A stretch of 63,471 nt of DNA, the filler included, from Vannella sp. (lineage: Eukaryota), in the NCBI GenBank assembly GCA_023345925.1. It is 9 parts of 9 records of this genome, joined end to end, with 100 filler letters (N's around TTAATTAATTAA, not from the genome) between each part and the next. Parts side by side here need not be neighbours in the genome. Positions count along the whole stretch, not along the records: positions 21,407 to 27,340 come from JAJQQN010000655.1; positions 27,441 to 39,375 come from JAJQQN010001118.1; 7 more parts are not named here. One strand, given 5' to 3'. Position 1 is the stretch's first letter. Each line of letters starts with the position of its first letter. The notes under the pieces were generated by a model. That model was not told where the DNA came from. It worked only from the letters and a program-made list of their open reading frames with translations, and made no database searches. This document shows positions 21,407 to 34,612 of the stretch, piece after piece. The position numbers were made by a program, and so were the translations under genes.

Positions 21407-24400
21407 CCAATCTGACCTCGATCTGGTTAATCCTCCGAATAATGCACGCAAAGGAGAGGGTATTAGAGGCACCCCTAATGGCTTTGGTACTCCTGGTACG
21501 TACCTGAATGGTTGCGCTCGAAACGCCATCGCAAATGGTGGAGGTGGAGGTACTCAGGATGGAAGTGCAAGCGGGGCGAGTGGAGGGGGAGGGGGTGGAT
21601 GCGGGAAAGGAGGAAATGGCAACTCCGGAGACGCAGGGCTTGGTGGAGAGGCTCTAAGCGCGCTTTACGGTAACCAAACTGTATTCCTAGGTAAAGTACA
21701 GCCCTCTTTCTGTTCTTGACGTTTGGTTGCTCTACTCACACGTAACAGGCGGTGGTGGAGGTGCTGGTAACCAGCTGAATAGTGCCCTACCTCGTGATGG
21801 AGGAAGGGGAGGAGGCATCATCCTCCTTCATTCGAACTTGCTCTCTGCAAACACGACTGCCAGCTTATTACTCTCTGCGAATGGGATAGCAAGCTTCGGG
21901 AACAGCTCATACAGCACAGGTGGAGGTTAGTCTACAGGCAGCCAGGATCGAATGATCTAATACAACTTGCAGGAGGAGGAGGAGGGGGTGCTGTTGTGTT
22001 CCTCTACGCCCAAGTATCTGGATCAACGATTTCTGCTCGGAAATTGGGACTCAACGCCGAAGGGTCAGACCGACAGCCATCATCAACTCAGGCCGGAGGC
22101 GGCGGTGGAGGCGGCGGTGGAGGCGGCGGTGGAGGCTTCATTTTGGTTGCAAATTCCAGCTTGATCCCTCCAGCAGTCGGAGGCAGAGATGGTGGACTTA
22201 AGGGAATAGCTCGTGAGGTGGGCCCCACAAACTCCTCGGACTCTACATTTTTGTTTCCCTCTGAGGATCTTTTGTGCCAGTTGAGCCTTCCGCCTGGACC
22301 AAATCCTTCTCCAAGTGCTACAGGGTCTCCCTCGTTGAGCTCCCAAACCCGTTCAATCAGTCCAACTGAGAGTAACTCCTTATCGCCAACAGTTTCTTCC
22401 ACAACCAGCCAAACTCAATCATCCTCTCAAAGCGGGACTTCTTCATCATCTTTAACTCTCAGTCCTTCATCGTCTCGAAGTGCATCCACTTCTGGTAGTG
22501 CGACGCCATCAACTTCTTGTAGTACGACACCATCGTCTACTCTGAGCGTGACACCATCGTCTTCTGTTAGTACGACACCATCTTCTTCTCTGAGTATGAC
22601 ACCATCTTCTTCTCTGAGTGTGACGCCATCCTCTTCTTGTAGTACTACAACATCACCTACTCTGAGTGCAACACCATCCCTTTCTGGCAGTACGACGCCA
22701 TCAACTACTCTGAGTGTGACACCATCCTCTTCTGGTAGTACGACAACATCACCTAGTATGAGTGTGACGCCATCCTCTTCTGTTAGTAAGACACCATCGT
22801 CTTCTCTGAGCGTGACACCATCGTCTTCTCTGAGTGTGACACCATCCTCTTCTCTGAGTTTGACAACATCCTCTTCTGTGAGCGTGACACCATCCCTTTC
22901 TGGCAGTACCACACCATCTTCTTCTCTGAGTGTGACACCATCCTCTTCTTGTAGTACTACACCATCACCTACTCTGAGTGCAACGCCATCCCTTTCTGCC
23001 AGTACGACGCCATCAACTACTCTGAGTGCAACACTATCCTCTTCTTTGAGTGTGACAAAATCCTTTTCTCTGAGTGTGACACCATCCTCTTCTCTGAGTT
23101 TGACAAAATCCTCTTCTCTGAGTTTGACGAAATCCTTTTCTCTGAGCGTGACACCATCCTCTTCTCTGAGTTTGACAAAATCCTCTTCTCTGAGTGTGAC
23201 ACCATCCTCTTCTCTCAGTTTGACATCACCCTCTTCTTTGAATGTGACACCATCCTCTTCTGGTAGTACGACGCCATCGTCTTCTCTGAGTGTGACACCA
23301 TCCTCTTCGACGAGTGCGTCACCATCCTTTTCTGTCAGTGAGACGACCTCCTCTTCGATGCGTGCATCGCTGTCCTCCTCTGCAAGTGAGACACCATCCT
23401 CCTCTATCAGTGCATCACCACCATTTTCGATGAGCGCGTCACCATCCTCTTCCGCAAGTGCATCACCATCCCCTTCTTTAAGTGCGTCAACATCCTCTTC
23501 TGTCAGTGGGATGCCTTCGTCTTCTGATGCGTCGAAATCCTCTTCTGTTACTGAGACGCCGTCATCTTCTGGGAGCGCCACATCATCGTCAAGTACTTCA
23601 GAGTTTCTTCTCGAATCTCCCATTCCCTCTCTTCTGCAATCCCCTTCTCGATTCATCTCGCTTTCAAGTACTATTTCAGAGACAGCATCTTCAACTGGAA
23701 GCTCCACCTTTTTCCCATCAATCTCGGCATCTCACAGCCCCACGGAATCCCTCTCTCTTTCGATCAGTTGGACCTCATTTGCATCATTTTCAGACAGCAT
23801 CGCTTCCAGAACTGCAGTATCCTCATCTCTATTGGAGCCCAGTTTCTCATCTTCAGCCAGTCAGGCAAGATTAGAAAGTTCCTCTGTCGCGAACCCTGAA
23901 ACTTCCATTCTATCCTCGATGTCAAGCTCCCCGCAAATTCCTAGCTTCGCCCCTTCCGATTCTGCCTCTATTCTCGTGACAAATGATCCTATCTCAAGAG
24001 ATAGCAGCACAATTTCAGTCAGTAGCTCTTCATCCATGCTCTCGAGATCTTCTATCTCTGCAACGTCTCTGGCATTTCCGACAAGTTCATCATCCCCAAC
24101 TATGTTTGATAGCGCGTACAAGTCACTGTCCTACTCAGAGAGTGGAAGAGTCTCGACAATCCTATCAGGGAGTAGAAACCCAATTCCAACGACAACTGAA
24201 TTGATAGAAGTTGTTTCAAACGAATTGGGGCAAGTCGTTGGACAAGTTCTACTTTCAACTGGTAATCCTTCATCTTTGAATCTCACTGTGAGCCAAAGTA
24301 AGGAAGAGGACATTCCTCCTTCTGTGAATGGGAATCAAGTAGTGTCTATCATTATCAACGCTACAGTAGTCGATGCCAACGGGAATGCTACCTCCTTGAA

Positions 24401-24866
24401 TGAGCCTGCCACGATTTGCATCGCTTCCAACCCCACAGTACCAGCTTCCCGACAGTGTTTGGGGTTCCTTGATGAGTCTAAATCGCCGGCAGTTTGGAGA
24501 TGCCAAGATAAGTGTCTGACCCAGAGGAGGGGCGATGGAAACGCTTTGTTGTGTGGGAGTACTCCGCACTTTACCAATTTTGCTCTCCTCCTGTCTGGAG
24601 GTAGCAAAGGTAACAATCCTTGTGGATCGAGCAGTGATAATAGGTTCATTCTAGGATCTTCCTACAATGATCTGGCACTTCTTTTGTCAACAGCGGGTTT
24701 TGTTTGGATCCTGCTTTGCTGTTTGATAGGTTGTATTCGATGCACGTTGGGATCAACAGGGCTCTATGGAATTGAAGGCTCGCGTATTCGCTCTACTAGG
24801 ATTGCAGGCCATAGATTCAACAGCACTGTTGTGATTTTTGACGAATATCAAGATCGATTAGAATAA
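21407..24866 (+). CDS. Large cell-surface protein: Gly-rich domain, Ser/Thr mucin stalk, GPS/GAIN-like domain, single TM (5' truncated)
   Basis: Spliced Gly-rich exons; TPSSSLSV repeats; CLGF..W.C.D.CL...CGSTPHFTNFALLL; TM segment LALLLSTAGFVWILLCCLIGCI. Confidence 0.85.
22500..23320 (+). repeat. Coding tandem repeat with a 24-nt (8-aa) unit
   Basis: About 30 or more degenerate copies of acaccatcctcttctctgagtgtg (TPSSSLSV). Confidence 0.9.
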
Positions 24867-25039
24867 TGGTGATGACACTCCTCTGCATGACCGTCCCCCA
24901 GCTCTCTGCCAGAACTAAGCTATACAGTTTCTTTCATTATTCAAACACAATTCCAATTCCCACATTTCTAGAAGGGAAAGACCAAGATCTCTTGTCAGTA
25001 AGCGCTAGTCTTGGAAAGTAAGGTCTATGTATTATGTTA

Positions 25040-26971
25040 TCACTGCCCAGTTGGGCGAGCTCTCTTAAGTGCAACTAAGAGAACAAGTCGGAAGAGGACT
25101 AGAAAGCCACAGAGCACCAGGAGATTGGCATAGAAAGGGAGTCCAGTTAAATTGAGATTCTCCACAACTTGTTCCCCACGAGTGATTGGGCAAACCTGTT
25201 CGACTCCAACGAGTTGCTGCTTAGTACAACGAAGTACCAAGCCGTTAAACTCGTTTCGAACAAGGTTATCAAAGGCATATTTGCCATAAGAGATCCATTG
25301 AATCCATCGGAGGGCTGGAGGGATGTTTTCCAAGTTCACCAGAAAGCCGCTGAAAATCATACTGATGATAATATATAGAGGTGAAAGAGCTGCCGCTGCC
25401 ATAGGAGGAAGAACGGTACCAAGGATCATTCCTGCAGAGGAGCAAATGAGTGACACCAGCTCCAGAGTTGCAAAGTAAATGAAGAATTTGAACCAGACAG
25501 TTTGCAAGCCAATGAGAAAGTAGATAATCACAAGGAAGAATGCAGGATACGCCAGTTGGAAGAACAGGACACTCAACTGGCGCCCCATCCAATAGGCAGA
25601 TATTGCATAGGCCTTCGAGTCGCGCTCCCGGAAGAAAACTGCACGCTGACCTCCAAAGCTTGCCACAGCGGGAAGAATCTCGTTGAAGGAAGCCTCAATG
25701 ACAATGAAGAAGATAATGCCATTGCGGTCAGCAATAGTACTTTGGTCATTGTCGATCTGAAAGTAGATAAAACCCAACAAAAGGGCGAGAATGAGGTTCT
25801 GAATGAGTCTGGAAATGATCAAAGACCTATTACGAAGCTCATTAAGAGTGCCACGGTACAGAACCCAGAACACCTGAGTTGGCCAAGTCGCTCCTTTGAC
25901 ACGAGACTGCTTCTTCAGATCTTTTTGACCCCCTGATGGCTCCTCGTAAGGGTCCATTGTCTTCAAGGGCGAGAAATCGGTCCATTGTCGGTTCAGCTTA
26001 TCGACGCGTTCACGAGATTCCGCCTCAAACTCTTGATCTTTGTAGTCCAGCGTAACGACGTCGATGTAGTAGTCTGCAGGGTTCTCGTGCATGGGACAGT
26101 GGAACCCTTCAGCAGCAAAGTAGTCCAGAGTGTCCTTTGCAGGACCAAAGTAGATCTGTTTGCCTCCCCCCGCAAGGATCAGTAGGAGATCGAACTGATC
26201 GAAGATCTGAGCGCGTGGTTGATGGATTGTGGTGATGACTGTGTAGCGGTACTTGTGTGCCAAGTGAGCAAGGCTCTCGCAAAGGCGGAGAGCGTTCTTG
26301 GCGTCCAAGCCGCTGGTAGGCTCGTCCAAGAAGAGTACGGAAGGGTTTCGGAGGAGTTCTATACCGATGCTGAGGCGCTTCTTCTCTCCACCACTGATCC
26401 CTCGGACGAGGTCATCGCCAACGAACTGGTGGGCCACCTTCGAGAGGCCAAGCTCGTGCATCACCTCCATGATGCGGTTCAGCTTCACTGATACAGACAG
26501 AGAGCGTGGGAGTGTGAGCATACCACTATACAGAAGGGTCTCTTGAACAGTGAGGAAGGGGAGAAGGTTATCTTGTTGCATGACGTAGCCAATGATCTTT
26601 GTGTATCGATTGGTTTGGCCTCGTTTGCTCAGAGACACTCCATTGAGCGTGAAGTCTCCTTTGCTGTATCCTGCCTTCATGCGACGACAAAGGATGTTGA
26701 GAAGGGTTGTCTTCCCAGCCCCTGAAGGCCCAATGATGGCCAGGAACTTGCCTGGCTCCGCGTATCCACAGATCTGACGAAGGATCTGCTTAGAAGAAGC
26801 TTCTAGGCCTGGTATACAACGAGCCAGCTTGTTCTTTAACGAGTTACCCTGGGGGATGAAGTAGTCCAGATCCTTCCACACCAGCTTGCACTCCACACTG
26901 TTCATACGAAGGCGTTCCATGTTGTCCAGCGCATCACCAGAGGGAGCTTTCTTCACTTCTTTACCATCCAT
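25040..26971 (-). CDS. ABCG (White-family) half transporter
   Basis: GPSGAGKTT, ISGGEKKRLSIG, LFLDEPTSGLD, TIHQP and ENPADY motifs, then a C-terminal ABC2 membrane domain; intronless. Confidence 0.96.
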   Translation of the reverse strand: MDGKEVKKAPSGDALDNMERLRMNSVECKLVWKDLDYFIPQGNSLKNKLARCIPGLEASSKQILRQICGYAEPGKFLAIIGPSGAGKTTLLNILCRRMKAGYSKGDFTLNGVSLSKRGQTNRYTKIIGYVMQQDNLLPFLTVQETLLYSGMLTLPRSLSVSVKLNRIMEVMHELGLSKVAHQFVGDDLVRGISGGEKKRLSIGIELLRNPSVLFLDEPTSGLDAKNALRLCESLAHLAHKYRYTVITTIHQPRAQIFDQFDLLLILAGGGKQIYFGPAKDTLDYFAAEGFHCPMHENPADYYIDVVTLDYKDQEFEAESRERVDKLNRQWTDFSPLKTMDPYEEPSGGQKDLKKQSRVKGATWPTQVFWVLYRGTLNELRNRSLIISRLIQNLILALLLGFIYFQIDNDQSTIADRNGIIFFIVIEASFNEILPAVASFGGQRAVFFRERDSKAYAISAYWMGRQLSVLFFQLAYPAFFLVIIYFLIGLQTVWFKFFIYFATLELVSLICSSAGMILGTVLPPMAAAALSPLYIIISMIFSGFLVNLENIPPALRWIQWISYGKYAFDNLVRNEFNGLVLRCTKQQLVGVEQVCPITRGEQVVENLNLTGLPFYANLLVLCGFLVLFRLVLLVALKRARPTGQ

Positions 26972-28102
26972 GACCTCACAACGAGCAAAAGAAGGAAAGG
27001 AACGGTTGTCCGCTCTCCCATTGGCAGAAGAGCCGGCAACCTGACTTTGGGGGACTTCTGTCCCGGAAGGGAGGGACCTGGAGGCCTAAGAACTCCCTTA
27101 CGTTGCTCTGTCTTTCGATCCTCCCTCCCAAGACCAACTCTAAATGTCAGCGAATCGAGATTCAAGATTTCGGCCAACTTAGTCTCCGCCCTTTGGAGGC
27201 CCAACGGACGGATAAATCGAAAGTTATTCATTTTATGGCTTTCTAGCTTGAAACGAAGGAATAACGGAACATAATCATAATCATGTTCCGCATTTGGAAG
27301 CTGAAACTCAATAAGATCATTCTTTCATGTCCGGAGGGAGNNNNNNNNNNNNNNNNNNNNNNNNNNNNNNNNNNNNNNNNNNNNTTAATTAATTAANNNN
27401 NNNNNNNNNNNNNNNNNNNNNNNNNNNNNNNNNNNNNNNNGTAAACTCGCCAGCTTTCCCAGACTCGCCAGCACCCCAACTGCAGTTGAGGGCAAAGCAA
27501 GTTCCAACGTCAACCTTACCAGGGCCATACGCACTCACTGGACTTTTCTCCGAGTGTTCGTGGTCGGACATGTACTGCGCGGTGGGAGCTCCGTCAAGGC
27601 CCATGCTTTGAAGAAGTGACCAAACTCCGACCCGAAACGAAAAAAATCCAAAGAAAATTCGAGGAAAGACGAAAAGAATGTTCCATGCTTCGTCCGAACC
27701 ACTTTGCAATCATTCACTTACAGTTAAAATCGATATTTTATAATACAACGACCAAACGAAACGGAGGCTGGGTCGAGTGTGTTGGGCTTTCACAATCTGC
27801 CGTGGACTCTTCGTTGACGTCTGATGACCAAACCTCCTCCCTGTCACTCGGAGAGTTCCCTCTACTGATTGAAGCACACTCATCTGCTTCTGATCAACAG
27901 GTAAGTGGAGCTTGGCCGGGCATCAAGAGCGTGCCTTTAGCGCAAGTCCAAGAAAGATGTTTTCATAACTTGGATGTCCATTATATAATTATCCTCCAAA
28001 TCATCAGAATGCCGGTCGAAAAGAACAAATCCCGCCCTTTTGGTTTGCCAATCTTTAGTGGGCCTAGAGTCTCGGCACGTCAAAGGGCTGTGAAGTGTCA
28101 CT

Positions 28103-31100
28103 ATGGTGAAGGCAGACAAAGACCAACAAGCGATGGATGCTATCCGGAGGGGGAACTTGAGTGAAGTGAAGAAGCTCATGAAGAAGGTAGCTGTCAGTGT
28201 TACCAATAGCAGCGGCCAGACGCCCCTCCACATCGCCTGTGTTGAAGGACACTTTGCCTTAGTGCAGTACCTCATTGAGAAAAAGAAGGCGGACCCCGAT
28301 GCGCGAGATAGGGACGGCTGGACTCCACTGCATTGTGCATGTCACTCGGACCACATCGAGATCGTCAATTACTTGATCTCGCAGAACGCCAACGTGACGG
28401 TCGAGACAGGTACGTTAACTAGCATCTATCATGCAGACTAGAACACTAAGAATGGCTCTTCTAGCGAACGGAGCGTCTTCCATGGACTACTTTGTCCGCA
28501 TGCCCTCGCAGGTTAGCCGTCCAGCACTGTTCGAGAGGCTCTTTCGCACAATGATACGAAAGGGAGTCGATATTAACAAGCAGAATCAATCAGGAGAGAC
28601 TCCACTCCACAGTGCCGCCTTCCGAGGGAAAGACCAAAGCGTGTCCCTTCTCCTTTGGAATCAAGCCGACGCCAATATTAAGAACAAGTGCGTCACTTCT
28701 ACCCTCCCTTGGTACCTTCTGATCCCGCTCTGACTCACTCTGCGATAGATACGGAGAAACCGCGCTCCATTTGGCGACAAGGGCGGGTTGCTTGAAGGCT
28801 GTGAAGAAGCTTATTGAAGCTAAAGCTGACTGGACAATTGAGGGATCTCGAGGTACTCCCTATGACGTAGCAAAGGCTTCCCACAACCCCGAAGTGGCTG
28901 CTTTGTATGAAGAGCTCTTGGGAGACGCGCTCCACGCTGTCAACAAGGCTGCTGGATCTACTCCTCTAGCAGTGAATCCTATTGTGATGCCTTCTGTGCC
29001 TGCAACCACTCCCATTGCCCCAACAACACCACCTGCTTATGCTACGGCTGCTGCAAGTAGTGGAACAGGGACTTATGGGTTCTACAACATGCAGGCAGTA
29101 CCAACTGGTGCATCGTATGCGTCCTGGGCACCTACGACGGAGCCTGCTCCTGTAGATGGGTCCACACCCTCCGCCAACCTCCCTTCCTACGCCATGTTCA
29201 AGCCCTCAACGTCGACTGGGAACTTCACTCACTCTGGATCATACTCGTACTCTCCTGCAGGTACTCCAACAGGGACAGGAGGCCCTCCACGAAAGGCGGT
29301 CCCTCCCACCCCAACCGAGTTCCCTTCAACAAGGGAGTTACCTGCTTATGCCTCTACTACTGCTGCTGCCACTCCGGTTGCTGCTGTGATGCCTTCTGTA
29401 CCCACACACACGCCTACTCCCGCTCCAGCTGTCACTCCGGTTGCATCAACAACCCCACAGCAGAGTCCTGCTGGGACTCCTTCTCAATCTCACCGGAAGA
29501 CAGACTCTAGCCGTGGGAACAGGCCCGGACAGGACTCTCGTCGTGGTACTCGAGGGAAGAACGCACCCAAACCGCCTCCCACTCCCACTCCAACAGTGCC
29601 AACGGAGCGTAAGATCCCAAAGAACCTCGAACACTACGTAAGTCAGGGTGGCCCTTCCTCTTCTCTGTCTGACAGGGCTGGACGGATAGGCACTTGGAGA
29701 GTGTATTGGAAGCGGTGCCTTTGGAGCGGTCTACAACGGGTTTGACACAATAACGGGGGCCATTGTGGCGATCAAGCAGGTGTCCCTGGTGGGCATTCCA
29801 AACTCGGAACTGGCCAACATCATGGCCGAGTTGACGCTCCTTCAGCGATTAGAGTACAAGTACATCGTCAAGTACATTGGCTTCATCAGGGACGAGGAGC
29901 ATTTGAACATTATCCTGGACTTTATCGAAGGAGGCTCACTTTCCACTATCCTCCGAAAGTTTGGTGGTAAAACGCAGGAGCCGCTTTGTGCGCGTTATGT
30001 AGCGCAGACGCTATTGGGATTGGACTATTTGCATCGCCGTGGTGTGGTTCATCGCGATATCAAGGCCGCTAACATTCTAGTGACAAAGGATGGAACGGTT
30101 AAACTGGCTGACTTTGGTATTGCTTCAGTTTCAGCTGCGCAGGAAGATGGCGAGAAGGCCCTTGCGACTCTTCGTGGCATGGACCATAAAGATCAAGCTC
30201 CTAACATGGATGCCGTTGGATCTCCCTACTGGAGTAAGTCGATGCGATGAAGGAGAACAGTGACTAACAGTTCCTCAGTGGCTCCTGAGGTCATCCTGCT
30301 TGAGGGCGCCACTAGTAACTCTGATATTTGGAGCTTGGGATGTACAATCATTGAGTTGTTGACTGGAGACCCGCCTTATATTCACTTGCCTCCCATGTCT
30401 GCACTCTTTTCCATGGTCCAGGAAGACCACCCTCCCTTACCATCAGGCATATCATCTGAGCTGGCAGATTTCTTACTTCTATGCTTCAATAAGGACGGTG
30501 CAAAGCGTCCAATGGCTCGCGAGTTACTGAGCCACCAGTGGATCATCAAGCACGCAGGTGACATGTCCCACGAACTTGTCTCTGCTGTGTCCAGTACTGA
30601 AGTAGTGAGACCTGTTTCTACTTCCACTGCCCCGGTGGTAGCCGCTCCACAAGCTCCCAAGCCAGAAGTCAAACCTGAATCCACACAGCCTGCGAAAGAG
30701 GCAGCTGAGGTTCCGAAGCCAAAGGTGTTATCCACACCTCAAGCTCCAGTTGAATCTCCCCAGCCTCGCGACCGAGCTCTTCTCCCTTCTCTGGATGGAT
30801 CCGCCAATATGATGTCCCAAGACTTCCAGCCAATGAGCCAGAACAACCGCCCGGCCTTAATGGAGATCCCAACGTTATCAAACGTCATGGAGAACCTAAT
30901 GGGCTTACAGCAGCAGTTCCGTGATGCCGGAATCGAGACATCGACATCAGCAGCGCCCGCAGCAGCAGCACCCAACCGCTTTGCAGGGTTGCAGCTTGCT
31001 CAAGGCCACTCTATTCTAGACCAACCAGAACGTGATGAGGAGGAAGAAGAAGAAGAGGAAGAGCTATTGACGGAGGAGGAGCAACGCATCCTCACGCTCA

Positions 31101-31408
31101 GTAAGGACCTGCAGGGCATTCGAGAGTACATGAATTGGATGCAACAAGCCATCACAGCAGATTATGGCAGCCGAGCCGCAAAGATCCGGAAAGCGCTGCG
31201 GAAGGCGCTCAAAACCCTTCGAGCAAAGCATCACAATGAGCAGGAAGCCCGAGAAATGGCCTTGGCAGCTCGCAACAAGATCCGTGAAGTCGAAGAGACC
31301 TTCCCAGACAACATTGGCATCGACACCTCCGACTCAGACTACGACAGCCAGGATTCCTTCTTCCTTGATAGCGACGAGGAGGGCGACGGCGACGAGTTCT
31401 ACTTCTAA
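28103..31408 (+). CDS. Ankyrin-repeat protein with a Cdc15/SepA-like STE kinase domain (about 4 introns)
   Basis: [18 protein letters not shown] and GETPLHSAA repeats; Pro/Thr linker; [38 protein letters not shown]; acidic coiled-coil tail. Confidence 0.88.
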
Positions 31409-31637
31409 CCTGTCATTTCCTACTCTCCATAGAAGACTTAATTGATCTCTTCGGCACTGCGGAAGGGCGGGGAGGCCGACGGGAGCAGAGGGAAGGAGGT
31501 CCTGCCTCCCTTGGGATGCTCGATCGAACCTAGATGCTACTCTCTCGTTGTACAAGCTTGCAGAATGCTAAATGTTGCTCTGGGAAGGGAAATGAGTCCG
31601 GTTGGCTGGTTTGGGGAACGTTGATTGGCATTTCCCC

Positions 31638-34395
31638 ATGTCAGGCCGCCACGTGCAGGACACCAGCTCGAGTGGGGATAAGAGCCCACCGTTTGCAAGT
31701 GATGCAGAAGAGGAGAGCCCTGGGGAGGACGACTATCGAGAGGGAGGCGGCTCTGTTTCTTCTTCTCGTCGTTCTGGGGTTGCTTTCCGAGAAAGCGGGA
31801 TGGGAGAGAGTGCAGGGCATGTACCAATGAACAGCGCAACTATGTCTGAGACTCATATGCAGCACGGAGGCATGCGAGCGTCTGCTCACAACAATGGGCC
31901 TGTTCGCGTTCCCCTTCCTCGCTCTGGGGCCAACGGGCCTTCTCAGGCAGGACTACATGGTTACACACCGGTTTACTATAGTACAGGTCAGGCCTATCTT
32001 CCCCAGGTGTACCCCTTTGAGCACTCCAACTCGCCTCTGTTAGCTCGGGAAGGTTTCCACCCCATGCAGTACTCTCCTGGACCCCTACACCCCGGCATGG
32101 TGCCGGAATATCAGTATGGAACCCCTCTGGATAGCTCCCAAGCGTATGGCAGCGTCCCTTCCACTCCTTTGGGAGCCCCAGCATCATCACATCCTCCCAG
32201 GCCTCCTCTCCAAGACTCTTTCAGGCCCTCTAGGTCACCCAAACACAGTAGACAGAGTTCAGTAAGCTCTGCTAACTCCAGTTCTCTCCGGCGACTACGG
32301 GATGTCGAGTTTGATCTGAACAGCTCTGATGACGACCAAATGGTTCGGTCTGAGGATGACTGCTCAAGCGGACGAGAGTACACAAGTTCCCGCCATTCAA
32401 GATACTCTCGATCAAGAAGGATCCAAGCGGAAACGGAAGTCAAACCGAAAGAGATTGTCGATTCACCAACGGAGCGTTTGAAGAGGAAGAGGCGTTTGAT
32501 ATCGCTCGTTCTCATTTGTTCATTAGTATTGTTCGCTGGTTTGTGTGAAATACTCGAAACGGAGCACTATTGTGTTCCCGAAGATATCTCTACGCTTCCT
32601 TCTTCCTATGAACTCGTGCCGTCCGATGGGACTGTGACGGTTCTTTCAATCGAATTCACACAAGGGGAGCATCTCTTAATGCATGTGACATTACGGAATA
32701 CGGGCAGTGCGATAGGGAACCCAATGGTGCATTTGTTCTATTACAATCCCAACGACCAACGGCCTGGTTCTAAGATGGTTGAAGTGACTTTCTATCTGAA
32801 AGGCTGCCAAAGAGCTCTCAAGACTGGTGTCCAAACCATCAACTTACAAATCCCATTTCCTTCTGAAAAGGCGCTCCAAATGGCTATTGATCTTCGGGCT
32901 AGTCTGAACCTCCGCATAGAAGGGGAGAGTGGCCGTATAGTCCATTCTAGTACCATTCAGCTTCCTGCTGAGATCATCTTTGCCGAATGGATCGAAACGC
33001 TGGCCGGTCGGAAGTGCCGGTTTATGGTTTTTGGGGAACAAGGATCGGGAAAGTCGACTATGATCAATGACCTACTCAACGTTCTTCACAGCCAATCGAG
33101 TTTTATCAACTACACGCCTCCTCCGACCAGTATTCAAGATGCTGGAACGATTGGAGTGGTTCGAGTGACAGTTCCAGAAGATGTGGCAACTCTCTTGGAG
33201 TCTTCCATCATCGCTTTTGACACAGAAGGATCTCGTACGAACGACTGTTCTCCTCTTGACGAAATCTCACACTCTTACAGAGCAGGGTCAGTTCTTGATG
33301 AGCCAAGATCTCCACTGGATTCTCAGCAATCCACCCAAGGTGAAGTACCTGACTAACAGAACCCTCCCATCAGCTTCTCTTACAGCATCAGTTGAGCCTG
33401 CAGCCTCATCCACCATGACAGAATCTGAGCTCGAGTCTCCAGAATTGAAGAGATTAAGAGGGCTAATCGAAGCGTTGCAGAGTGCAATTGAGTCTCAAGA
33501 TAGAGTTCTCACCTGCCAAATCAATCTCCTACTCCGCAGTACTCTCAAGACCTTGCGTATCACAAGAGGCAGCCAAAAAGAGGGCGGCTTTCTCCTCAAG
33601 AAAGCTTTCTGTGAGATCCGCAGAGTTCCTCCTTGTATGGAACTAGAGAAGGGTAACCTAACATACCTACCCATAGAGCCGCTTCCTGGTTCTCGACTCT
33701 CAACAGGGAAGAAAACGATCAAAATCCAATCCGGAGAGAAGTTGCCAATCATCCCAGTATCTCTGCCTCTTCAAGGGGCTTTGGATTCCAAGAAAGCTCT
33801 GCGTAAAGACACCGAAGATGATTTGAGTCTTTCTTTGCCGGCTAATGAGGAAGATCCACTGGACTTTGTGTTATTCATGATCAATGCGAACTCTCTGAGT
33901 ACAAATGAGGACCGTGAAACGGTCCTCAGTCGACATACGTACCAGAGTTATCTCACTGTAGCCCGTGCTGTTGCTCATAAGAACGAGGGGAATCCTTTCA
34001 ACCCCATTCAACCCATTAAGTTAGTCACTTTTGGGAATGGAAGAGGTTCCAATGTATCTTCTTGGTGTACCGATAAGGAGGGTCAACAACAGCTTGCTGA
34101 CATTGTCAATATGAACCTTGGGGACGATCCTAACCCCACTATCATCTACCAAACCTCCTACAAAGCCCTCCACGAAAGGGACCGCATCTTCATTCTTCAG
34201 TCCGCCGCTAAACTAGTGATGGAGATGATGACAAAGATACAACCCCGTCGCACACCTCCAGATTCTGAAGAGTTCTTTGGTTTCCGCTTCCTGAAGAGTA
34301 TCAGAAAACGCATTCTTCGCGTCCAAACCTTGGACATGATCCGCTACCTTCACACTTCCATCCTCTGGCTACTAGGCTGCTTCATCGCTATCTAA
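31638..34395 (+). CDS. Membrane-anchored P-loop GTPase-like protein (IFI44-like motifs), 1 intron
   Basis: TM segment LISLVLICSLVLFAGLC; MVFGEQGSGKSTMINDL; FDTEG. A 46-nt intron (33235-33280) joins the two long ORFs; hydrophobic C-terminus. Confidence 0.65.
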
Positions 34396-34612
34396 CCAAC
34401 CTATTGCTTATGACAAGCTACCACTAAACCCCTCCCCAAGCCGCCAGCTTCCGCTGGAAAACAGAATTTCGCAAAGTCAGTCAGATTGATCCTTTTGCTC
34501 CTCTTTTTGAGTTCGTTTCCTGCTTGACTGTTAATCTAGCATGGCTGTAATGATGATGTGAGAGGGAGGAGGTCTGTGGAGGAAGGACTTCATTGTTTGG
34601 GGGCGGGAAGGG

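Noticed and set aside
22500..23320. Regular repeats as a CRISPR array
   Set aside because: Contiguous 24-nt coding units with no unique spacers and no cas genes, in a eukaryotic context.
22427..23707. 426-aa minus-strand ORF with EEDGVTLR repeats
   Set aside because: Antisense shadow of the Ser/Thr tandem repeat in the plus-strand gene.
27263..27290. 8-bp hairpin cggaacat/atgttccg
   Set aside because: Too short and isolated, and near a contig end, so no call is supported.
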